Assembly: GCA_977017645.1 (NCBI GenBank)
Contig: OZ360245.1
Coordinates: 2,232,001-2,296,000, forward strand
Direction of reading: 5' to 3'
Length of the DNA stretch: 64,000 nucleotides
Source: Torpedo marmorata
Taxonomy: Eukaryota
Below the pieces are notes generated by a model, which searched no databases, was not told the DNA's origin, and was given only the letters and a program-made list of their open reading frames with translations. The first letter of the stretch is position 1, and every line of letters begins with the position of its first letter. Below are positions 53,003 through 64,000 of this stretch, one piece after another. The position numbers and the translations under genes are program-made.

Positions 53003-54527
53003 GTTCAGGCAGCATTTCAGAATGGTGCTGAATTGTTTTGTGTTGAAAGTCAGCCACACCCTGCAGTTTGAGGTGGTGCGTTCATCCTGTTTGACAGGGT
53101 TTGGAACTCCAGCGTTCCACATACCCGCAGCTTCATCTCCACTCGCGACATGACTGCTAACACACAGCAGCTTCCTCCTCCACAAACTCACCTGCACCTC
53201 CATGCCTGCTGCCACCGCAGACCCAGCCCAGCACTTCTGTTCACAACCTTGGCTGACACGTCACCGGCTTCTCGGACCACAGTACAATCCAGACACAGGG
53301 CATGTTGCAAACAGGCAGAGCAAACAGGAGCCTTGGCTGAGGTGCAGATCCTCCAGGCAGAGACCTGTCCCGCTGTACGAGGGGATGTCAGTCCATGGGA
53401 CTCAGCTCCCCGCAGAGCCTCGTGGTCACAGCCCACCCAGCGATGTAACGTGGGGAAACGACAGCCAATTCCTGCACAGGAAGCTCCCACAGAGGTAAGC
53501 CGTCCTCTGGAGGTACGTAAATGCGGGTATGTCTACAACTGCAATGGGCAAAGCAGCTGATGGAGTGGCAGTGCAGTGAAAGTTCATCGCACTCCCACGG
53601 CTCGCTCACCATCCGTCCCCCAGCCAACAGGCAGGCAGGACCTTTACCCAGATTCCAGGGCCAAACAGTGCTCGCTTTCAGCCTGCCTGAGCAGACAGCA
53701 AAGCATTCATTCTGGAGCCAAGGCTGCAGAGCATATTCTTAACCTTGTGTGTACCGAACCCAACACTCTCCTCACTCTTCTCCCTGGCCTCAGTCTGGCC
53801 CTGAACCAGCAGTCTCAGCATTGACTGACCAGGGTAGCCATGGCAGCCGAGCTCAACGTTGCCCACAGCTTGCAACGAGACTGAAGATCAATCAGCGAGA
53901 GATCCCCACTGCTGGTCACCATCCAGCCCAACAGCAGCAACGCAGCAACAACCAAATGTGTCTTTCTGTAGCATTTGTCACCTCCTCAGGAGGACAAAAC
54001 CCTTCACATAAAACCCCACTGCTCTACTCGTTATACACCCGTGACTGTGTGGCCAGGCACAATTCCAATGCCATCTACAAGTTTGCCGATGACACCACAG
54101 TTGTCGGCAGAATCACAAATGGCAATGATGAAGCGTACAGGAGGGAGATAGATCAGCTCGTTGAATGGTGTAATGGCAACAACCTTGAGCTCAACGTTAG
54201 CAAAACCAAGGAGATGATTGTGGACTTCAGGAGGGAGTCAGGGGAACATGACCCAGTCCTCATCGAGGGCTCAGTAGTGGAGAGGGTCAAGAATTTCAAA
54301 TTCCTGGGTGTCAACATCTCCGAGGATCTGTCCTGGAGCCTCCAAGTTGATGCAATCACAAAGAAGGCTCGTCAGTGGCTATACTTTGTGAGGTGTCTGA
54401 GGAGATTCGGTATGTCACCGAAGACTCTCGTAAACTTCTACAGGTCTACCGTGGAGAGCATTCTGACTGGTTGCATCACTGCCTGGTTTGGAGGCGCCAA
54501 CTCTCAGGACAAGAATAAACTCCAGAG

Positions 54528-54959
54528 GTAAAACACGAAAATCTGTAGACACCGTGGTTGAAGTAAAAAACACAAATGCTGGAGAACTCAGCAGGTCAAA
54601 CAGTGTCTTTTATGTAGCAAAGGTAGAAATACATAACCGACGTTTCGGGCTTGAGCCCTTCATCAAAGTATGAGAAAATGCCGGCAGGCATCCGAACAAA
54701 GGAGTGAGGGGGGAAGGGGGATGGCAAAGGCAGGAGATGATAGGTGGAGAAAGGAGGGAGGGGACAGCAGCAAAGAGGGGGAGGAGGGATGGCTGGGTAG
54801 CTGGAGAAAAACAGGAAGGACAGGTGAGGGGGGAAGGGAAGGGAACAACAAGCAGGTTTAGTGGAAAGCAGAAAAGTCAATGTTAATGCCATCTGGCTGG
54901 AGAGTGCCGAGACGGAATATGAGATGTTGTTCCTCCAATTTGCGGGTAGTCTGGGTGGG
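54528..54959 (-). mobile_element. Penelope-like 3' end / terminal repeat containing a hammerhead motif (54632-54672)
   Basis: Near-identical to 2166-2570. Minus strand UUGAUGAAGGGCUCAAGCCCGAAACGUC. Confidence 0.85.
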
Positions 54960-55048
54960 CTGTTACCTCGGCCTGTGACATCACAGGCACCAAACTTCAC
55001 TCCATCGAGGACAACTACATGAGGCGGTATCTTAAAAAAACAGCCTCT

Positions 55049-56655
55049 ACCTCTTTCAGTCCTTACCAATCCCATTGCCGCGGGTCTTTTTTAAAACACA
55101 ACGGATACGTAAGGCAATTTATCTGGAGTGGTAAGGACTCCAGAGTTTCCATGGAGAAGCTGACATGGGATTACAATTTGGGGGGTTTGCGATTACCAGA
55201 TTTTAAGAAATATTATTTAGCAGCCCAGTCGAGGTTTCTTTCATCCTTTTTCGAGGGGGACGATCCCCCCTCGTGGGTCCAAATTGGACTACACACCATA
55301 GGAGAGAAAATAGCAAAGGATTTTATTTACAAATGGAACATCAAATTAATATCTGGAAAAACGGACAATCCCATTCTAAAACATATGATTAAGATTTGGC
55401 AGGAAATCAATGTATGTACTGGGGGAAAGGTGGAAATATCACCAAAGGCACCTTTGATCCAAAATGAAACTATACCCATGGCTTTGGGTAACAAAATCTT
55501 AAACATTTGGCACCAGAAGGGACTCCGATATATTGAAGATTGTTATGAGAAAGGACAACTTATGTCTTTTGAGCAATTGAAGAGTAAATACGATTTGTCT
55601 AATGGAACCTTCTATTGTTTTCTTCAACTAAGGTCCTTCTTGAGGGATAGATGAAGTCCTAAAATGACCCCACCTAGGTTTAAAGAAATGGAAAAGTTGC
55701 TTCGATTGGGAAATGCACCTAAATTCATATCTAGAATGTATTTCGTACTCCAAAGCGAAAGCCCTAAGCCGGGCCTACAAAGATCGAGAGAGAGGTGGGA
55801 GTCGGACTTGAGCATAACAATTCACGAACAATGCTGGTCAGACTGGTGTTTAGATAGCATGACAGCAGTCATTAATGCCAGATATAGGCTGGTTCAATAT
55901 AATTTCCAACACCAATTGTATCTCACACCACAAAAACTACACGTCAAAACCAGAGATATCAGAAATATGTTTCAGGTGTGGTATACAAATTGAATCCTTT
56001 TTACACTCCACTTGGTCATGTGCAAAGGTAAGGCCGTTTTGGCATGATTTAGCTAACATACTAACTAGGATTACGGGAGTAGCCTTCCCACTAGACCCGG
56101 AGTTGTATCTTTTAGGAAACCTCATGGACATAAGCAACAGATTATCTTTTAAATTTCAAATTAAATTTGTAAAAGTTGCTCTGTCCGTAGCAAAAAAATG
56201 CATTGCAGTTACTTGGAAGTCCGACTCCCCCCTTCTCATCACTCGATGGTCTACAGAAATGTACAGCTGTATCCCCATGGAAAAAATTACATATAGTCTT
56301 AGAAATAAGTACGATAACTTTGTTAAAGTGTGGCAGCCGTACTTGGAGCACATTTGGTGCTCAGTTGTAATCAAACCCCTGAGGTATGGTATAATGTAAT
56401 GTATAATTATTTTAAGGGTGTGTCATCCCCAAATACTTGGACAAAAGTTGTAAGCGCTGATGGTACGTTTAGTTTTCTTTTCTTTTTCTTTCTCTTTTGT
56501 CTCAGTTTTATTCTTTTTGTGTGGGGGAGGGAGGGTTAAGGGGTGTAATGTATTCTGTACTTGATACGTTTGAAATTTGTGTATATTTTGTGATTGTTTA
56601 TTAATGTTTTGTGAACATTTCTGAAAATGAAAAATAAAATATTTTTTTTAAAAAG
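55049..56655 (+). mobile_element. L1/Tx1-clade LINE ORF2 3' portion, decayed
   Basis: FIWSGK...GGLRLPDFKKYYLAAQ...CFRCG....FLHSTWSC...IAVTWK...W.PYL; AATAAA plus an A/T tail; TSD core cagcctct at 55041-55048 and 56656-56663. Confidence 0.88.
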
Positions 56656-57761
56656 CAGCCTCTGTCCTCAGACCCCCACCACCCAGACCATGCCCTCTTC
56701 ACTCTGCTACCATCGGGAAAAAGGTACAGGATCCTAAAGACGAGAACTCAATGTCACAAGGACAGCTTCTTCCCCGCTGCCATCAGATTCCTGAATAATC
56801 AATGAACCAAAGACACTGCCTTACTTTTCGTGCACTATTATTTATATTTTTTTATAGTAATGTCGTAAGATGGTTATAATATGAATGTTTGCACTATGAT
56901 GCTGCCGCAAAACACCGAATTTCATGACTTGTTCATGACAATAAATTCTGATTCTGATTCTAACATCCAACGCACCACACTTGAAATATAGTCACAACTG
57001 TAATGTCAGAAATCCGGCAGCTACGGAGCAGGATCCCACATGATCCTGGTCACATAACTGCTTTTTTATCCAACCCCGGTACAGGTGTGGGAAGGATGTT
57101 CCTCCTCCTCTTCACCTCATACAAAAGATAGGGCAGCCTTCCCACGCTGCCACACTCTTTCCACCCCACCCTTCCTGTGGCACAGCGCTGCCCCCAGTAC
57201 CCTTCACAATGCTCCCCCGTGATATGGTGAACCCCCCAACACTGACCCTTCTCCGCAAATGCCCCTCCCGCCCACTCTCTCCAAACTCCCCCTTGCTCTG
57301 CACTGTCCCCAATTACGCTAGGTTCTTCTACAAGCATTATCTCTAACATTCATACAGCCATGTACAGCCATTTAGAGTGGTATTGCAATGAATAGGAAAA
57401 TCAATTAGCACCAAATAAGGGCAGCGTGAGAGAACTGTTGTGGGGTTCATTCAGGAGCCTGATGGCTGCGGGGAAGAAACTGTCTTTAAGCCTGTTGGTG
57501 CACGGTTTCACACTCTTGGGCCTTCTCCCCAAGAGGAAGTGGGAGAAGAGAGTATATCCTGGGTGTGAATAAAAATCCAGGATGATTCCCCAAGGGCTCT
57601 GGGTGGGATTTGAGCCCTTGGTTTTCAGATTTCAGATTTATTGTCAGAGTACATACATAACATCACATACAACCCTGAGATTCCTTTTTCCTGCGGGCGT
57701 GGCAGAATTACCACTTATTGGTAGTGCAAAAAAAAACTGTACACATGTAAACAAATAAACA

Positions 57762-59076
57762 GTAAAATCCCATTGCTGGAGAAACTCAGCAGGTCAAACA
57801 GTGTACTTTATATAGCAAAGATCACCGATGTTTCAGGCTTGAGCCCTTCATCAAGGTCTGTAAAAATGTCAGCAGGTGCCCGAATAAAAAGGTGATGTGG
57901 GGGGGAGGAGCACCGTAGTAAAGGCAGGAATTCTCTCCATTTCTCCGTCTCCGCCGCATCTGTTCCCAAGATTAGGTGTTCCAGTCCAGATCTTCTGAAA
58001 TGTCTGCCTTCTTCTACAAACGTGGCTTCCCCTCCACCACCATCAACTCAGCCCTCACCCGCATCTCCTCCATTTCCCGCTCATCTGCCTTGGCCCCCTC
58101 TGCCCCCAGACGCAACAAACATAGAATCCCCCTCATCCTCACCTACCACCCCACCAGCCTCCGCATCCAACACATTATCCACCGGAATTTCCAGCACTTA
58201 CTACAGGATCCCACCACCAGACACATCTTCCCCTCTCCTCCCCTCTCTGCCTTCCGTAGGGACCGCTCCCTCCGTGACTCCCTCGTGCACTCATCCCTCC
58301 CCACCAATCCCACCACCCCCCTCCCCGGCACCTTCCCATGGCCACAGGAGGTGCCACACTTGCACCCACACCTCCTCCCTCACCATGGTCCAGGGCCCCA
58401 AACAGGCCTTTCAAGTGAAGCAACACTTCACATGTGTATCCACAGGATTGATTTACTGCAACCGGTGCTCCCTTTGTGGCCTTCTCTGCATCGGAGAGAC
58501 TGGGCACAGACTGGGAGATCGCTTTGCTGAGCACCTTCACTCTGTCCGCACCAGTGACAGGGACCTCCCAGTGGCCAACCACTTCAATTCTGCACCCCAC
58601 TCCCATACTCACATGTATGTCCATGGCCTCATGTACTGTCCAACCAAGACCACCCATAAATTGGAAGAGCAACACCTGATTTTCCGTTTGGGCACTCTCC
58701 AACCGGATGGCATTAACATCGACTTCTCCGGTTTCTGCTAAGCTGCTCTCCTTTCCCCCTCCCTCCCCTTCCCCCTGTCAGCTCTCCACCCCCTTCCCTC
58801 TCTATTCACCCAGCCATCCCTCCTCCCCTTGCTTGATGCTGTCCCCTCCCTTCCTTCTTCACCTATAACCTGCCTTTGCAACCACGCCTCCCCCCTTACC
58901 TTTTTATTCGGAAGCCTGCCGACATTTTTCCATACCTTGATGAAGGGCTCAAGCCCGAAACATCGGTTATGTATCTTTATCTTTGCTGTATAAAGTACAC
59001 TGTTTGACCTGCTGAGTTTCTCCAGCGTCGTGTTTTTACTTCAACCACGGTGCCTGCAGACTTTTGTGTTTTACTT
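57762..59076 (+). mobile_element. Penelope-like element (Neptune type), 5'-truncated, with inverted terminal repeats
   Basis: Frameshifted ORFs 57976-58530 and 58022-58741 encode the thumb/linker and GIY-YIG region (LIYCNRCSLCGLLCIGETG...LGTLQPDGIN). A 14-bp direct repeat taaacaaataaaca lies at 57748-57761 and 59077-59090. Confidence 0.87.
58931..58971 (+). ncRNA. Minimal hammerhead ribozyme motif
   Basis: CAUACC-UUGAUGA-A-GGGC-UCAA-GCCC-GAAAC-AUC-GGUUAUG. Confidence 0.58.
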
Positions 59077-59811
59077 TAAACAAATAAACATGTTTCAACC
59101 CTGAGTGTTAAACTCCAATGAGCACAGACTGGGACCCACTGGCCGTAGCTGAGACTGTGCTTCTATGTGGTGACCAGCACAGGCCCTCAAGAGAGTACCT
59201 CCAAATGTTTCACCAACGCGTGGCCTGTCCCATCATCGCCCACAGCTACACAGCTATCAAAAACACCCCCGCACTTTGGTAAATCAGACCGCCAGTCAGT
59301 GCTTCTCTTATCTGCCTACAAGCAGAAGCAAAGTCCGAGATGTAAAAGTCGCACATCACTGAATTGAGGAAACAGATGCCATCCTACACGACTACTTTGA
59401 GTCAGCAAACAGCCCATTTCAAGGACTCAGCAACCAATCCAAACAAATACACCACCGCCATCACCAGCAAGTGTGTAGAAGACTGTGTGCCAAAGAGAAC
59501 AGTTGGTGCGTTCTCCAACTGGAAACCATGGTGGAGGTGAGGCCCACTCACTGAAGGCCAGGAACCATGCATCACGGCAGGCAACCCAGCTTCAAAAGAG
59601 AAGAAATCTAGGTACAACTACGCCAGGCCATCGGGGACGCTGAGGCAGTTCCCAAACCAGTCTTGGAGCCATACAGCATGGAACAGGCCCATTGGCCCAA
59701 CTCATCCATGCTGAGCAGTTGGCAAATCTGGGACAGTCCCATTTGCCTCAATTTGGTCCATATCCATCCAGCCACAAATCTGACCAAAGGTCTTCTGAAC
59801 ATTTTTATTAC

Positions 59812-60030
59812 GCCCGCTCCACAGTATTCTCCGGTAGCTCTTTCCAGACGGACCACCCGCTCCACAGTATTCTCCGGTAGCTCCTTCCAGACGGACCACC
59901 CGCTCCACAGTATTCTCCGGTAGCTCCTTCCAGACGGACCACCCGCTCCACAGTATTCTCCGGTAGCTCCTTCCAGACGGACCACCCACTCCACAGTTTC
60001 CTCCAGTAGCTCCTTCCAGACGGACCACCC
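59812..60030. repeat. 43-bp tandem repeat (~5 copies) inside a CR1 3' fragment (~59665-60200, minus strand)
   Basis: CCACAGTATTCTCCGGTAGCTCCTTCCAGACGGACCACCCGCT; the minus strand reads WSVWKELPENTVE, like the CR1 ORF2 C-terminus. Confidence 0.85.
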
Positions 60031-61450
60031 TCGGAGTGAAAAGGTTGCCCCTCTCACCTTAAACCTACACTCTCTTGTTCTGCATCCATGTTCCTCGGGA
60101 CAGACTGTCAGCATTCACCTGCTTCCTGGCCCTCATGGTTACATAAACCTCTATAAGATCACCCTCAGCCTCTAGGGAATAAAGACCCAGCTATCCAACT
60201 TTTGCACTGCTCCTGGATTCGTTCCTTGGTCCTAATGAAGACTTTCACCTGGAAACACTGACCATTCTTTCTCTCCCACTGGCAGAGTTCCTCCAGCTGA
60301 CCGTATTAGGCAAAGGGAAGAGCTGTGGGGAGACCTGCTCGCAGAATTACACGCCGCTGCTCATTCAGTTCCCTCCAGCACAAACACTGAAGTAAATATT
60401 AGATCCCAGGATGCCCAGTAATGAGGTGTGATTAACCTGGGGAAGTTCATTCAGTTGTTCCGTTCCCATGTCAAGGGCTGAGCTTTAGAGAAGAACTGTA
60501 CTCTGTGCCCACTCAGCCAGGGCTGTCTAACCCCACCGCCTTTCTTTACACAGAACTCCCATCCGCGGCTGAGCTCACATGGAGTGAGTGGAAACAGCCA
60601 AAGACAAGCAAAGGGGCCGTGTCCACTTGTGAAGCCGATGGTCTTGCACTCAGTGCTGGTCAAGCACAATGGCGAATCGTTTGTCCTCATCATTAACACC
60701 CCTGTGGTGAGATGAGCTGGGAGGCGCTTCCTCCTGCTCCATCTGGTGCCACGTGGATTCCAGCTCCGGTTCCAGGCCTCCCAGTTTGGCCCCCACCAGG
60801 ATCTCAGGTACCTGCGCTGCATTGACTCCTGCTCTCTTCGCTTCTCCCGCCGTATCCTATGGACCACCCTCAGCTCGATGCGCAGGTACCAGCGGACCCT
60901 CACTCTCTCGCTACCAAACCTCCTGATTAGCTGCCCATCCCAATTCACCATCAGATCCAGGATTGCAGAACCTTGACCTGATCCGTAGACCGTGGGGTAA
61001 GTTACATCTGTGTGTTACATCGAAAACAGAAATGCTGGGAGAACTCAGCAGGTCAGGCAGCAATTGTAGGAAAAGAAAATCAACGTTTAGGGACGGTGCC
61101 CTCTCCATGTTGCATGCTTGCGTTGTTGGGCTGCACCTGTGCCTGGTTGGCCACTCATTTTGAGCTGTGCCTAGTGCTGCACCCGACATGCCCACTCCTA
61201 AAGAGCCACTGCTTCGGGACCCAGCCTCTGCTCAGAATTCACCACTGTGCTCTGCAGAATGTGACACGTGGTGAGATTTATTTTACAAGATCACAAGATA
61301 TAAGAGCAGAAGTTGGTCAATCGGCCCGTCAGGTCTGCTCTGCCATTTAATCATGAGCTGATGCTTATCACTCAGCCCCACTCCCCGGCTTTCTCCCCGT
61401 AACCCTTGATACCCTGACTAAGCAAATACCTGTCAATCTCTGCCTTAAAT

Positions 61451-64000
61451 GTTCCAATTAAAGTGCAAGATGTAATTGCAGACCCTTCACGTACGTATAT
61501 AATGGTTCACTGTCAGATATATTCAGAGCCCTGGACCCTGATGAATTTGTATGCTCCCAACACGGATGATGAGAAATTTATACATGAAACATTTTTGAAA
61601 TTGGCTGACGCACAGCAAAATATTATAGTGGGTGGAGACTTCAATTTTGGTCTGGATCCGGTTCTAGATAAGTCAGGAAGAACAATCACAAGGGCGAAAG
61701 CAGCTAAAGCTACTTTGCAGTTAATGAAGGAGCTGAATTTAATGGACGCCTGGAGAAGACTCCATCCAAGGGAAAGGGACTATTCTTTTTATTCATGCAG
61801 ACATGATTCATACTCCAGGATAGATTTATTTTTAATATCGGTTCAATTACAGAGTAGAATTGTGGCAGCTGAATATAAAGCAAGACTACTATCAGACCAC
61901 TCACCTCTGATATTAAAAATTACAATGCCAGATAAACAAAAGACGGTGTATAGATGGAGATTAAATTCAGGGCTGTTGAGAAGACAGGAGTTTTGTAATT
62001 TTATTAGAAAAGAAATTACAGCGTTCTGTAAGACCAACTGTACTTCTACTACAGATAAATTTATTATCTGGGATACTTTAAAAGCATATTTGCGAGGACA
62101 AATAATCAGTTACACTACAAAGATGAAAAAGGAATATACAAGGGAGGTGGATGAATTAGAACATGAGATATCTCATTTGGAAAAAGACCTTCAAAAGTCA
62201 GGCTCAGAGAAAAAACATAGAAAATTAATTAATAAAAAGCTCAAGTATAACACATTACAAACATATAAAATGGAGAAAATGATAACCAGAACTAGACAAA
62301 AATACTATGAGCTAGGGGAAAGAGCCCAAAAGGTCTTAGCATGGCAGTTGAAAACAGAACAGGTCTCAAGAATGATTAATGCGATCAAAATGGAAACAGA
62401 CAGGATTTCCTATAAACCACAGGATATTAATGAGGCCTTTAAACAATTTTATACTAGACTATATGAATCAGAATCTCAAAGGAATATTAGTGAAATTGAA
62501 GGATTCCTGTCACAATTGGATCTTCCAAATCTAGATTTAGAGGAACAGAGGGAGCTCGATGCCCCCTTTACCCAAGTAGAGATGGAGGGGGCACTGGGTT
62601 CGTTGCAAATTAATAAATCTCCGGGGGAGGATGGATTTCCACCTGAATTTTACAAAGAATTTAAAGATCTTTTGATACCACTACTTATGGAGGTGTTGGA
62701 TCAAGCGGTCGAGACACATACCCTCCCGGAATCATTCTCAACAGCAATAATTACAGTGATACCCAAAAAAGATAGGGATCCATTAAAGCCGTCTTCTTAT
62801 AGACCTATTTCATTATTAAATTCAGACTATAAGATCATTGCAAAAGCTTTGGCAAACAGACTGGCAGTTTTTTTGCCAAAATTGATAAATATGGACCAAA
62901 CAGGCTTTATACGAAAAAGACAAATAAAGGTAAAGGTAAAGGTTCCATTATTGTCACGTAATACTACATTTAGAATGTAACATACATGAAATTCTTTAAT
63001 TTTTGTCTACCGTAAGGCAGACAGAGGGTCGCTATTTTGTCCAGTGCCCCTCACAGAAACCTACAGCACCTGGTGTTCCTTGGCGGTCTCCCCTCCAAGT
63101 ACTGACCAGTCCTGTGCCTGCTTAGCTTCCGAGATTAGACAATCCCAGTCATATTCAGGCTATTGGTGCTGTAGAGATAATAGTAGATAATGTAAGCAGA
63201 TTGCTTAGTATAATACATCTGGCACAATCAAGAGGGGATCAAGGTGTCGCTGTGGCCCTGGATGCAGAAAAAGCTTTTGATAGAGTGGAGTGGGATTTTT
63301 TATTTAAAGTGCTGGAACGATTTGGACTTGGACAGAATTTTATAAACTGGATTAAGGCCTTATATAATAAGCCCCAAGCTAGAGTTGTGACCAATGGACA
63401 AATTTCCTCAGCATTCCCACTATCCAGATCTACCAGGCAAGGCTGTCCATTGTCTCCAGCTCTTTTTATTTTGGTTATAGAACCGTTAGCAGAAGCTATT
63501 CGGCAAGATCCAGGCATTAAGGGATTCAGGGTTAACCAGGAAGAGCACAAAATTAACTTATTTGCGAATGATGTACTGATATACCTGACAGAACCAGCAG
63601 TTTCTTTAGAAAAATTGCACTTAAAATTGGAAGATTATGGGAAAATTTCCGGTTATAAGATAAATTGGGACAAAAGTGAAATTATGCCACGTACGGGTGA
63701 AGATTATACTCAATACCAAAGGAATATAAATTTTGTGGCCGGCAAATGGGATAAAATATTTAGGCATTAAAACAAATAACAACTTACAAGATTTGTATAA
63801 GTTAAATTACCTCCCCTTACTTAGAAAAGCTGAAGAAGATCTTAACAGATGGACGGCACTGCCAATAACACTTATTGGCAGGGTCAATTGTATAAAAATG
63901 AATATATTGCCACGGATCCAATATCTTTTCCAAACACTACCTATACCATTGCCTCGAGGGTTCTTTCAAGATTAAATTAAATATATTAGGAAGTTCATTT
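61451..64000 (+). mobile_element. L1/Tx1-clade LINE ORF2 (APE endonuclease + RT), inactivated, running off the window
   Basis: Endonuclease motifs NLYAPN, GGDFN, SRIDLF and SDHSP; RT motifs KSPGEDGF, YRPISLLNSDYK, LDAEKAFDRV and RQGCPLSP. Interrupted by a SINE, a frameshift near 63740 and a stop at 63973; the catalytic motif reads FAND. Confidence 0.93.
62927..63178 (-). mobile_element. 5S rRNA-derived SINE (SINE3 type)
   Basis: 63176-63057(-) aligns to 5S rRNA (TCTCGGAAGCTAAGCAGG...CTGGTCAGTACTTGGAGGGGAGACCGCC...CCAGGTGCTGTAGGTTT), followed by a ~130-nt body and an (ACCTTT)n tail. Probable TSD aata. Confidence 0.85.

Larger units (their letters stand above)
54015..56960 (+). mobile_element. 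Rex/Babar-like LINE carrying nested Penelope and L1 insertions
   Basis: PLLYSLYTRDC...KFADDTTVVG...KNKLQR | VTSACDITG...LKKTAS | HALFTLLPSGKRYR...FLNNQ, ending in the tail attctgattctgattct. Confidence 0.88.

Noticed and set aside
63057-63176. Functional 5S rRNA gene
   Set aside because: The 5' third is diverged, there is no T4 terminator at the 5S end, and it is fused to a SINE body and tail and inserted in a LINE.

Overview
Vertebrate genomic DNA, not prokaryotic. The repeat complement (CR1, Rex/Babar, L1/Tx1, Neptune-type Penelope, V-SINE) suggests a cartilaginous fish, probably a ray; that assignment is inference. The only host gene I can support is the 5' part of an unconventional myosin-Ic (MYO1C) gene on the minus strand. 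It has coding exons of 156, 116 and 199 nt at 4615-4460, 4096-3981 and 592-394, plus a CpG-island first exon at about 14.0 kb encoding MKFRGGVAG, which resembles the nuclear myosin I (isoform B) extension. The rest is intronic or upstream sequence filled with retroelements, many minisatellites and a ~15 kb 52-bp satellite with higher-order structure. The most notable observations are: (1) Penelope-like insertions with inverted terminal repeats that carry minimal hammerhead-ribozyme motifs on both strands; (2) a ~54-copy 32-bp array presenting a consensus 5' splice site on the MYO1C sense strand just upstream of the promoter; (3) a 5S-rRNA-derived SINE with a Rex/Babar-like tail inserted in an L1 ORF2; (4) a CTCF-like motif and a candidate distal first exon at the edge of the large satellite; (5) a ~2.2 kb array of perfect RAG heptamers. 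I found no convincing new multi-gene system. Most ORFs in the track are repeat artefacts.
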